The position numbers and the translations under genes were made by a program. DNA of 57,661 bases from Actinomycetota bacterium (GTDB lineage Bacteria; Actinomycetota; Actinomycetes; S36-B12): contig JAQCEO010000004.1 in the NCBI GenBank assembly GCA_027729805.1, forward strand, positions 1 to 57,661, given 5' to 3'. Below are positions 46,728-56,625 of this stretch, piece after piece (position 1 is the stretch's first letter; each line of letters starts with the position of its first letter). Under the pieces are notes generated by a model, which saw nothing but the letters and a program-made list of their open reading frames with translations, was not told where the DNA came from and did no database searches.

Positions 46728-47034
46728 CTCGGCCTTCCCCTGGTGGGATCTGCAGATACGACGCGGGCTCCTGCCCTTTGGTTCCATCACGCTACCGTGA
46801 AACTGCGTTGACTTGGGGTGGTTCGGCACCTGCCACGCGACTTGCCGTAATCAGCAGCCCGCCTCAGGATCTATCGCACTCAAATCCGCAAAGCCGTCCG
46901 CGCCCAAAACCAAGTCATGGACCTCACACCCAGTCTCGGCTTTGGTTGCAGTTATTAATTTGCGAAGTACTGCCGCCGATACTAGTTCGTCCTGTCGTCA
47001 CTTTAGGTTGGCGACCAAAGAGGGTGTCGAGGCA

Positions 47035-48123
47035 TCAAGTTGGTTTTGGGGGACCGGTGGCCGGTAGGTACGGGTGCTCTGGATCGCGGTTAGTTAAGTA
47101 CTTAGCTACTCCGTAGATAGCACCTGCGATGGGTACCGCAATCAGCGCTCCAACTATGCCAAGTGCGATGCTGCCGGCGGCAATGGCGAACACGATCGCA
47201 AGGGGATGCAGGTTCACCGCTTTACCCATAACAAGTGGTTGCAGAACGTCTCCGTCAAAGGAGCCAACGATCACCGTGAGCAAGATGACGAGCAGCGCAA
47301 CAATTGGTCCGCGTTCAGCCAGGGCCACAAGGGCAGCGAAGAAGGTTGCAATTGGTGCCCCAATCACCGGGATGAATGCGCCAAAGAACACCACGGCTGC
47401 CAAGGCCGGCGCAAGTGGTACTTGAAGTATTAGCAACCCGATGAAGACGAGAACGGCATCGCAAAGGGCCACGATCACGATGCCTCGGGTATAACCGGCG
47501 ATGGAATCCCAGGCGATCCGACCCGAGGTATCGATGTGTGTCTGGGCCTTCTTTGGGATCCAGGAAATAATCCAGCCCCAGATCTTTTCTGGTGAGAGCA
47601 GGAAGAACAGTACGCCGAAAATGAAGACCGAACCGGCAATAATCAAAGTCCCGATCGAACCTAGGGCGGATAGTGCCCCGGTGAGTACGCCCTTGGCTAC
47701 CGTGGTACCAAAGGACTCAGCCTGCTCGAGTAGGTTCGTGATCTGAGTATCGTTGAATTGTAGCGGGCCGGTCTTTAGCCAGTCTTCGATACCTCTGAAG
47801 CCACTTTGAATGGCGCTTACGAGTCTTGGGCCCTCACTGATCGACGAGGTAATGACAATCGACATGATCGCGAGGATGGCGGCACCGATTGCGATTAGGG
47901 CCAGCACCATCGCGATGGGTTTAGGTAAGAATTTATGGAATAAATTCATCACCGGCATTGTCCAAGCGGTTACCAGCATGGCAAAGAAGAGTGCAAACAC
48001 CACCGGGAAGATGCGGCCCATGATCGTCGCCAAGACCGCGAGGCCGGCGAGGATGATCAAAACCCGCCAGATGATGCCAGCCGTCGACTTTAGGGTGTCG
48101 GGGATGCCATCGGTGGTGGGCAA
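47035..48123 (-). CDS. AI-2E family transporter
   Basis: Multi-TM; FIPVIGA, VLQPLVMGKAVNLHP, GIVGALIAVP. Confidence 0.9.
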   Translation of the reverse strand: MPTTDGIPDTLKSTAGIIWRVLIILAGLAVLATIMGRIFPVVFALFFAMLVTAWTMPVMNLFHKFLPKPIAMVLALIAIGAAILAIMSIVITSSISEGPRLVSAIQSGFRGIEDWLKTGPLQFNDTQITNLLEQAESFGTTVAKGVLTGALSALGSIGTLIIAGSVFIFGVLFFLLSPEKIWGWIISWIPKKAQTHIDTSGRIAWDSIAGYTRGIVIVALCDAVLVFIGLLILQVPLAPALAAVVFFGAFIPVIGAPIATFFAALVALAERGPIVALLVILLTVIVGSFDGDVLQPLVMGKAVNLHPLAIVFAIAAGSIALGIVGALIAVPIAGAIYGVAKYLTNRDPEHPYLPATGPPKPT

Positions 48124-48150
48124 GTGCTCCCCCTTGGTATGCCTTTCAAG

Positions 48151-48786
48151 TTAATCGATGCGGACCATGCCACCTAGTGTGCTGAACCATATCGCGATTA
48201 CCCCCTGCTCGTCGGCATCTAGCCACTCAACCGCCACTTCATCCAAGGGGTTGTCTGCGGGTCCGCCAAGCCAGGTCTCGATGGTGATGGGGTCGCCGGC
48301 CAGTTCGATCTTGCCGATTGAGACCGGGCCACCGGCCGCGGACGGATGATCGGTAGCGGTGCAGTCCCACTGCACGAAGTAGGGCAGTTGGGGGTCTTCC
48401 ATTAAGTCCAAAATGCCGATTTGGCGCCACCGGAGTTGGTGCCCGTCTGGTCGCACCCGGTAGCCGGGGCCGGCTTCGCGCCCTAGGCGCTGCTCAATTG
48501 GTGCGATGTCATCAACCGCGACCGCCCAGCCCAGCCAGCCACCGCCAGCATCGGCCCGCCGTTGCACTGCGCGACCAAATGGGGCCTTGGTGGCGGCTGG
48601 ATGATCCAGCGCGGAAACTACCTCTACGTAGGTACCGCCGGCCAACGGGAGGATGAAGTTACGGGTGCCAAATGAGGGGTGCCGGCCGCCGTCGACGAAG
48701 GTCGCGCCTAGGTCAGATCCGATGCGTTGCACCACATCCGCTAGCTCACTTGAGTTACAGGCATAGGAGACGTGGTCCAAGTGCAT
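48151..48786 (-). CDS. VOC / glyoxalase-like family protein
   Basis: LDHVSY, GGRHPSFGTRN, YVEVV, RPDGHQLRW, PYFVQW. Confidence 0.88.
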   Translation of the reverse strand: MHLDHVSYACNSSELADVVQRIGSDLGATFVDGGRHPSFGTRNFILPLAGGTYVEVVSALDHPAATKAPFGRAVQRRADAGGGWLGWAVAVDDIAPIEQRLGREAGPGYRVRPDGHQLRWRQIGILDLMEDPQLPYFVQWDCTATDHPSAAGGPVSIGKIELAGDPITIETWLGGPADNPLDEVAVEWLDADEQGVIAIWFSTLGGMVRID

Positions 48787-48860
48787 ACTCGAATCTTGCC
48801 CAATGCCTTTTAGGGCCCAACATGCACCCCCCCCTTCGGTAAATGTGGCAGGCTGCGCGC

Positions 48861-49964
48861 ATGCCCGAAGATCCCTCTGCCCCAGCGGCGCCGGCCGCGC
48901 AACTCGATAAGAAGAAGTCCATCATCCTTGGCATTATCGGGTTGGCTTTTATAATTTTGATCTTCTGGAAGGTTATTCCGGAGATCGGTAGTTACTCCGA
49001 AGCTTGGGACGCACTGCAGTCGATGGGTGCCATCTCGATGGCTCTCATCATCGCCAGCGTTGTTATCTATTTAGTCTTTTACGGGTTTCCATTCATGGCT
49101 GCTGCGCCAGGACTTAAATACTTGCGTTCCGAGCAGCTAAACCAAGCCGCCTTCGCGATAAGTAACGGAGTACCAGGGGGCGGGGCCGTTGGCCTTGCGG
49201 TGCAGTACGGGATGCTCACGTCCTTCGGCATCACCGCAACCGCATCGACGGCAGCCATCACCGCGGTGGGCTTGTGGAGTTCATTCGTCACTCTTGGGTT
49301 TCCGATCCTCGGGGTTGGCGCATTGGTGCTTGCCGGTCAAAATGGGGGCGGGTATGTGCTAACGGCGCTCATTGGGTTGGGCGTTTTGGTTGCGGTAATC
49401 GTCATTTTTGTGCTGGTAATGCGTTCGGAAGACTTAGCCACCAAGGTGGGTAAGTGGGGTAACTCGATAATCAAGCCATTTGCTGGCCGCATCAAAGCCC
49501 TGCAGGGACTAGATCTGGTGGCCCCGGTCACCAAGTTTCGCTCCAGCATGTACGAGTTACTCAAAAGGCGTTGGCTGGCCCTCACCATTTCCCAAGTGGC
49601 GGTTTCGGTGACACAGTTCCTAATCCTCTTTTTCGCCCTACGCGGCGTTGAGGGTTGGGATACCGCCGGTACCTCGATTTTGGTGGCCTTTGCCGCTTTC
49701 GCGATCAGCCAACTGGGCATGATGATCCCGATTACGCCAGGTGGTCTGGGCACCGTTGATGCGGCGATGATCGCTTTGATGACTAACTTTGGGGTAGCGA
49801 CCGGCGCGGCCACCGCCGCGGATCTGGTTTGGCGTGCCGCCTCCTTCGTACCGCAGATCATCCTCGGAATTGTCGCGCTGCTGCTTTGGTACCGCAAAGC
49901 GGGCGAGAGGTTCGCTACGACCAAAGTAGAACCGAGTAAGGGTGCACCAACGAAGTCCGCTTAA
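48861..49964 (+). CDS. lysylphosphatidylglycerol synthase TM-domain (UPF0104/flippase-like) membrane protein
   Basis: Multi-TM; ISNGVPGGGAVG, IPITPGGLGTVD, LVWRAASF; ATG 48861 with CAGGCT six nt upstream. Confidence 0.8.
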   Translation: MPEDPSAPAAPAAQLDKKKSIILGIIGLAFIILIFWKVIPEIGSYSEAWDALQSMGAISMALIIASVVIYLVFYGFPFMAAAPGLKYLRSEQLNQAAFAISNGVPGGGAVGLAVQYGMLTSFGITATASTAAITAVGLWSSFVTLGFPILGVGALVLAGQNGGGYVLTALIGLGVLVAVIVIFVLVMRSEDLATKVGKWGNSIIKPFAGRIKALQGLDLVAPVTKFRSSMYELLKRRWLALTISQVAVSVTQFLILFFALRGVEGWDTAGTSILVAFAAFAISQLGMMIPITPGGLGTVDAAMIALMTNFGVATGAATAADLVWRAASFVPQIILGIVALLLWYRKAGERFATTKVEPSKGAPTKSA

Positions 49965-50031
49965 TGGCCAAAACATTGGCGCGAAATGAACCATCGGCGT
50001 GTCGGTGTGTGAGTGGGTCTAGGCCATCTCC

Positions 50032-50092
50032 TAGGCTTGGTGTCGTCCGGTCGTCGCGGGAGGGGAAGCCTTCGACGGCCGGGCTTTTCTTT
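50032..50092 (+). ncRNA. candidate ~50-nt hairpin sRNA or terminator/attenuator with G-rich loop
   Basis: TAGGCT -10 (50032-50037), 12-bp stem 50045-50056/50073-50084, loop CGGGAGGGGAAGCCTT, then TTTTCTTT. Confidence 0.4.
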
Positions 50093-50129
50093 GGCGGACA
50101 GGCAAGGAGCTAGTTGGGGTGTGCGCTAG

Positions 50130-50909
50130 ATGATCGCGCGGCAGGCTAAGCCGTGGCGCAGTTACGTAGCCCTCGGGGACAGCTTCACCGAAGGCCTGGT
50201 CGATGACATTGGCCCAGACGGCCGTTATGTGGGCTGGGCGGACCGGGTGGCGCAGGTATTGGCTTTACGGGTCCCAGATTTCCGTTATGCGAACCTAGCC
50301 ATCCGCGGCCGGCTTGCCCAACAGGTCAGTGTTGAGCAGGTGCCGCTGGCGATTGCCATGCGCCCCGATCTGGTGTCCTTTGCGGTAGGTGTCAATGACG
50401 CACTCCGTCGAAGTTACGACCTGCATCGCACCGCGACGGCGGTGGAAAACGGGGTGCGGGCACTGCGGGCCAGCGGCGCTGATGTGCTGCTTTACGCCTT
50501 CGGGGATCCGGGCCGTCGGTCCATGCTACTGGGGCGCATTTCGGGCCGGCTGGCCGATTACAACAGTGCCATGCGGGAGATCGCAGCGATTTATGACTGC
50601 TATCTGGTCAATTTTTGGGGGGTGGCGGCATTTGATCAAGGGGAATACTGGGGTGCCGACCGGCTACACCTGTCACCGCTGGGCCATGAATTAGCCGCCC
50701 AGTGCGCTTTGCAGGCCCTCGGGATGGGTGATGCCGGTTGGCGAACCCCGGCACCGATTACCCCTGCCGCACCAATAACTCGGGCCCTAGGCCACCTGCA
50801 TTGGGTCCAAGGGCATTTGACGCCGTGGGTGACTAGGCGACTTCGCGGTGCCTCCTCAGGGGACGGCATCGTCGCCAAACGGCCAAATCTTGCCCGACTT
50901 GACCCGTAG
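50130..50909 (+). CDS. SGNH/GDSL hydrolase
   Basis: Block I LGDSFTEG, NLAIRG, GVND, Block V DRLHLSPLGH. Confidence 0.92.
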   Translation: MIARQAKPWRSYVALGDSFTEGLVDDIGPDGRYVGWADRVAQVLALRVPDFRYANLAIRGRLAQQVSVEQVPLAIAMRPDLVSFAVGVNDALRRSYDLHRTATAVENGVRALRASGADVLLYAFGDPGRRSMLLGRISGRLADYNSAMREIAAIYDCYLVNFWGVAAFDQGEYWGADRLHLSPLGHELAAQCALQALGMGDAGWRTPAPITPAAPITRALGHLHWVQGHLTPWVTRRLRGASSGDGIVAKRPNLARLDP

Positions 50910-51018
50910 TCCGCGGACCACACCCGGGTATCCACAAGCGGTCAACTGGCCGGCCGCCAATCCCCAACCTTGATTTTGCAACTGGCCTGGGAAGCACTTA
51001 GCGCGCACGGTAGGGCCT

Positions 51019-52140
51019 ATGACAACTAACTCAATTAACCGCATCGCGCCGGACTCAGCCCTTAGCCTGCGCTGCCCAGATGCCGTTATCGCGGCTATTC
51101 CATATCTGCTGGGCTTTCAGCCGAGCGAAAGCCTCGTCATCGTCTGGCTGAGCAAGAACCAGGTGCTCTTGACTTTGCGGGTTGACTTGCCGCCCGAGGC
51201 ATCCTCCGGTGACCACATGGAGCTATCGCAGACCCTCGCTGGCGCAGCCACGAATACAGCGGCTGATGCGATAATCATTTGCGTCTTCACCGCTGCCACC
51301 AGCGATGGACAGTTGCCAAACACATCACTCATTACAAAGTTGATGGTGGACTTCTACCGGCTGGGCGTGGGGGTTCGTGATGCATTGCTCGTCCGACACC
51401 GTGCCGAGATTGGTAGCGCCGGCGCTGGGGGATCCGATGAATGCGTGCGTTGGTGGAGCTATTTAGGTGACGATGAAGGTGACGCAACCCCCGGTCGCGT
51501 CCTCGATGAGCAAGTGTCTTTGTATGTTCGGTCAAGATTTGCACTCGAGGGGATAGCGGCGCTGCCAGGTCGAGTTGATTTAGAACACTCACTTGATCCG
51601 GATACGGGTCGCGGTCCGCGGGTTGATTCGCTGATCACGGAAATCACCAAAGACTTGACAAAGTCACTTGATGACTTCAAGCGGGCCGGTTCGAAGGCGG
51701 TGTCAGGGGCCCTTGAGCGTTGGCGTAGGGAAAGCATCGACGCCCTCGTGGCGTTGGTGGTGGAACCCGAAGGTCGTGAGCTCAGTGATCGGCAGGTCGC
51801 GCAAATTGTCCACTCATTAGGTGATATTCGGGTGCGTGACACGTTGCTGTGGCATCTGGTGCGATGCGCCGATCGACATGCACCATTTGAGGTTTTGGTC
51901 ACGGCACTGCGGGGGGCGCCGGCCGGCCGGGTGGCGCCGATCGCCACCTGCACGTCCATTTGTGCGTGGCTATTGGGCGATGGTGCCCGGGCGCTGGTTG
52001 CCCTGGATCGAGCTCAGGTGGACGACGGGGAGTACTCCTTGGCGCACCTAGTGGCACGGGGTTTGGCGGCCGGGTTGCCGCCGGCATTTTGGACAGCGGC
52101 CATGGCCGAGGTCACCGAGGAGCAGTGCCGAATTGGGTAA
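51019..52140 (+). CDS. DUF4192 domain protein
   Basis: IAAIPYLLGFQPSESLV, LTLRVDL, DIRVRD, AWLLGDGARA..AL, YSLAHL. Confidence 0.88.
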   Translation: MTTNSINRIAPDSALSLRCPDAVIAAIPYLLGFQPSESLVIVWLSKNQVLLTLRVDLPPEASSGDHMELSQTLAGAATNTAADAIIICVFTAATSDGQLPNTSLITKLMVDFYRLGVGVRDALLVRHRAEIGSAGAGGSDECVRWWSYLGDDEGDATPGRVLDEQVSLYVRSRFALEGIAALPGRVDLEHSLDPDTGRGPRVDSLITEITKDLTKSLDDFKRAGSKAVSGALERWRRESIDALVALVVEPEGRELSDRQVAQIVHSLGDIRVRDTLLWHLVRCADRHAPFEVLVTALRGAPAGRVAPIATCTSICAWLLGDGARALVALDRAQVDDGEYSLAHLVARGLAAGLPPAFWTAAMAEVTEEQCRIG

Positions 52141-52185
52141 TCGAATCGCGCGGCCGGTCACAATGGGCGCGGATAATGAATTGGA

Positions 52186-52562
52186 CTAGAACAGTGTCAA
52201 ATAATTCTCGATCTCCCAGTCGCTAACTTTGGCATGGTAGGCCCGGAACTCAGCTTCCTTGATCTTAATGAAGTAGTCCACATAGTCACTCCCATCACGG
52301 CCCGGGCCGAAGGCCGCGCGCAGGACCTGATCCTTAGCAAGTTCATCGGTAGCATGTAGCAGGGTAGGTGGCATAGTCTCAATATTGGCGGCCCGGATTT
52401 GGTCGGGGGTCAGGGTGTAGAGGTTGTCGGTGTTTGGTTCGCCCGGGTCGAGGGAACGGTCGATCCCATCAAGACCTGATGCCAGTAGGGCCGTAAGTGC
52501 GAGGTAGGGGTTAGCCGCACCATCGCAGGCCCGATGCTCAACCCGCCCACCTTCGGGGACGC
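52186..52562 (-). pseudogene. 3' fragment of a glutamine synthetase-like ligase (GlnT/GmaS type)
   Basis: VPEGGRVEHRACDGAANPYLALTALLASGLDGI...PPTLLHA..EL...YHAKVSDWEIENYL; upstream catalytic domain absent. Confidence 0.8.
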
Positions 52563-52774
52563 TCAGCAAATTGTGTTCGGTGGACTTAGCCGATAGAACA
52601 ACGCCGAATGCTTCTGCCTTTCGGACAGCAATTGCCGCAGTGACCACCGACATTATCCGTGATGACGAAGCGGGAACACGTTCTTATCTCCTGCACTGCG
52701 AAAGATCTTCAGGGTCCTATTTATTTGATGCTTTGCTTGATGCTGGCCGGGAGTTCGGCTGCCAGCCGCAATAG
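52562..52774 (+). pseudogene. 3' fragment of a sarcosine oxidase gamma / GcvT-like protein
   Basis: LSKLCSVDLA...AFRTAIA..TTDIIRDD...SYLLHCERSSGSYLFDALLDAGREFG; no N-terminus or SD. Confidence 0.65.
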
Positions 52775-52957
52775 TGGCTGGTTCATTTTTGGGTTTTAGG
52801 GTCTTTTGCAGTAAGTCCACCCCATCAGCAGGCGTAGGCGGCAAACTCGCCCCAGGCCACTCTCTGCTGCCACCGAAAGCCAGAATTTCCCAGGGGAAGT
52901 GCCGATCCGGTGGTGGGGGGGTTGTCACTTTGGCTGGACCTTGCTACAGTCCATCTA

Positions 52958-53060
52958 GGTCAAGAGTGCCAGCGTTAAGTCCCGGCTAGCTGGTCGACAA
53001 CCCTCCAACCGCGGTGGGGTGCCCCGGAGAAGACCAGGCCCTTTTGGGCAAGCGCGGGTC
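52958..53060 (+). ncRNA. SAM-IV riboswitch
   Basis: GGTCAAGAGTGCCAGCGTTAAGTCCCGGCTAGCTGGTCGACAACCCTCCAACCGCGGTGGGGTGCCCCGG..GACCAGG..GCAAGCGCGG matches the SAM-IV consensus; upstream of metY-metX; TACAGT -10 at 52945-52950. Confidence 0.92.
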
Positions 53061-53102
53061 TTGCAGCAGGCAAGGCCCCACGAGTGTGATTGAGGTCCCC
53101 TG

Positions 53103-53132
53103 ATGTGTTGTTGTCGAATGACCAGCCGCTGA
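53103..53132 (+). CDS. candidate tri-cysteine leader peptide MCCCRMTSR
   Basis: ATG TGT TGT TGT CGA ATG ACC AGC CGC TGA, with GAGGT at 53092-53096 six nt upstream. Confidence 0.4.
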   Translation: MCCCRMTSR

Positions 53133-53247
53133 GTCCTGCGCCATCTGGCGCCGTCTTGGCAATCCTGAAGCAGTACCCGCCGAGCGCGGTCACTAATCAT
53201 GTTCGCATACCAAAAATCAAATATCAGTCAACTTTGAGAGGAATCCC

Positions 53248-54564
<1,317 letters not shown>

Positions 54565-54568
54565 TTTT

Positions 54569-55777
54569 GTGAATTTACCAACAGCGTACGGCCCGCTTTC
54601 GTACGAGGGTCTGATTCCAGCCAGCGCCGCCTGGCGGGAATCAGACCCTGTTGGTGATCGTTTGTTCTGTGATATCGGTGAGTTCACGACCCAGTCCGGT
54701 TTTAGCTTTCCCCAGGTTCGGGTGGCATATGAGACTTGGGGACAACTTAATTCGTCCGGGTCAAATGCGATCTACATCTGCCATGCCCTAACGGGTGATT
54801 CCCACGTCACGGGGCCGGCCGGCCCGGGCCACCTGACCGCCGGCTGGTGGGCTTCCCTTGTCGGACCAGGCCGTGCCTTTGACACCGATGAGTGGTTTGT
54901 GGTCTGCGCAAATGTGTTGGGCGGCTGCCAAGGCACCACCGGGCCGGCGGCCACGGCGCCCGATGGCCGGCCGTGGGGCAGTCGCTTCCCGGTGCTAACT
55001 GTCGGCGACATGGTGGAAGTCGAGTTGCGGTTAACCGATGCCCTCGGCATTGAGTCCTGGGCGTTGATACTCGGGCCGTCCTTGGGCGGGATGCGGGTTT
55101 TGGAGTGGCTGGTAGCGCACCCCACCCGAGTGCGCAGTGGCCTAGTGTTCGGCACCACCGCAGCAGTCTCGGCAGATCAAATAGCGACGCACTTCACGCA
55201 ATTGGCGGCGATATATGCCGATCCGGCGTTCAACGGAGGCGACTATTACGACGCCCCGGCGGGACGGGGCCCACATGTTGGCATGGGTATTGCCCGTGCT
55301 ATCGCGCATCTAACATATCGCAGTCCCGCCGAGCTCGACGAAAGATTTGGCCGACAAATCCAAGGGGCTGATCCGCATGACATTACTGGGCAAAGCGTTG
55401 GGCAGCCTCTGGCACCGTATGCAATAACTTCTTATCTTGATCACCATGCTGAAAAACTGGCTCGACGTTTTGATGCCAACACCTACATCACCTTGACTAA
55501 CGCCATGAGCTTATTTGATGTAGGGCGAGGCCGAGGTGGGGTTGAAGAAGCGATTAGTCAAATCGCGGCACCGTTGACCGTGGTGGCCATCGACTCGGAC
55601 CGGCTCTTCCCCAATCACCAGCAGCAACAATTGGTGGATCTAGCCCCCGGGGCCGACAAGTTGCAAACGGTGCACTCCCTGCACGGGCACGACGGGTTCC
55701 TGATCGAAGACGAGCAGGTCGCATATTTCATCGAACAAGCGGTCCAGCGTGCGCGTTCGGAATCAAGTAGGGAATGA
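54569..55777 (+). CDS. metX: homoserine O-acetyltransferase
   Basis: CHALTGDSH, NVLGGCQGTTGP, nucleophile GPSLGGM, RFDANTY, DSDRLF, HGHDGFL. Confidence 0.93.
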   Translation: MNLPTAYGPLSYEGLIPASAAWRESDPVGDRLFCDIGEFTTQSGFSFPQVRVAYETWGQLNSSGSNAIYICHALTGDSHVTGPAGPGHLTAGWWASLVGPGRAFDTDEWFVVCANVLGGCQGTTGPAATAPDGRPWGSRFPVLTVGDMVEVELRLTDALGIESWALILGPSLGGMRVLEWLVAHPTRVRSGLVFGTTAAVSADQIATHFTQLAAIYADPAFNGGDYYDAPAGRGPHVGMGIARAIAHLTYRSPAELDERFGRQIQGADPHDITGQSVGQPLAPYAITSYLDHHAEKLARRFDANTYITLTNAMSLFDVGRGRGGVEEAISQIAAPLTVVAIDSDRLFPNHQQQQLVDLAPGADKLQTVHSLHGHDGFLIEDEQVAYFIEQAVQRARSESSRE

Positions 55778-55784
55778 TGGAGGG

Positions 55785-56561
55785 GTGGGCCTACTTGATG
55801 GTTACGACCTGTCGGTTAACCTTTCGAGTGAGGTGGGGGCCCGCCGGCTAGCGGCAGCGCAGCGCCGGTTGCTTTATTTACGACTGGTTGACGGCGGTAT
55901 TTTTGACGGCTCGGGCATCCTGGGCCCACCCCTGTGCGTGGTATTTGAGGGCTGGGATGCCTCTGGTAAGGGCGGGGCTATCACCCGCCTGGTAGCACCG
56001 ATTGATCCAAGGCATGTCCGGGTAATCTCAATCGCCGCCCCCACCTTCGACGAGAAGCGGCACCACTTCCTGTCCCGTTTTTGGCCGCATCTACCCGGCT
56101 GGGGCGGCATGACCATTTTGGACCGCAGTTGGTATGGCCGGGTGCTTGTTGAGCGGGTTGAGGGGTTTGCTACGGAAGAGCAGTGGCGCCGGGCCTACGA
56201 CGAGATCAAAGGTTTCGAGCGGACATTGACCGACGAAGGCATGGTCTTGGTAAAGATCTGGATGCACATTTCAAGCGATGAGCAACTGAAGCGGTTTAAG
56301 TCGCGGGGAAAGGACCCACTCAAGCGCTGGAAACTCACCCCAGATGACTGGCGCAACCGCGAGCAGCGACCCGCCTACGAACTGGCCGTGACCGAGATGT
56401 TGGAACGCACGGACGCCTCCAATGCCCCGTGGACCGTGGTGGAGGCCGATAACAAAATCTATGCCCGGGTCAAGGTGTTGGAGACGGTGAATGCAGCCCT
56501 AGAGCGCGGACTTGTGGAGGCTGGAATCGCCATCACGGAGTCGGACGAAAAACTGGAATAG
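55785..56561 (+). CDS. ppk2: polyphosphate kinase 2 family protein
   Basis: EGWDASGKGGAI, HFLSRF, DRSWYGRVLVERVEG, KIWMHIS, RWKLTPDD; GTG 55785 after SD GGAGGG. Confidence 0.92.
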   Translation: MGLLDGYDLSVNLSSEVGARRLAAAQRRLLYLRLVDGGIFDGSGILGPPLCVVFEGWDASGKGGAITRLVAPIDPRHVRVISIAAPTFDEKRHHFLSRFWPHLPGWGGMTILDRSWYGRVLVERVEGFATEEQWRRAYDEIKGFERTLTDEGMVLVKIWMHISSDEQLKRFKSRGKDPLKRWKLTPDDWRNREQRPAYELAVTEMLERTDASNAPWTVVEADNKIYARVKVLETVNAALERGLVEAGIAITESDEKLE

Positions 56562-56625
56562 TAGTTATCCACAGGGCGATCAGTTGCAATGTGACGTGGA
56601 CTGGCTGCGGACGTAACGTGTCGGT

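Noticed and set aside
46830-47034. Small gene between the AI-2E transporter and DUF4349
   Set aside because: The longest open stretch lacks a start codon; no recognisable structure
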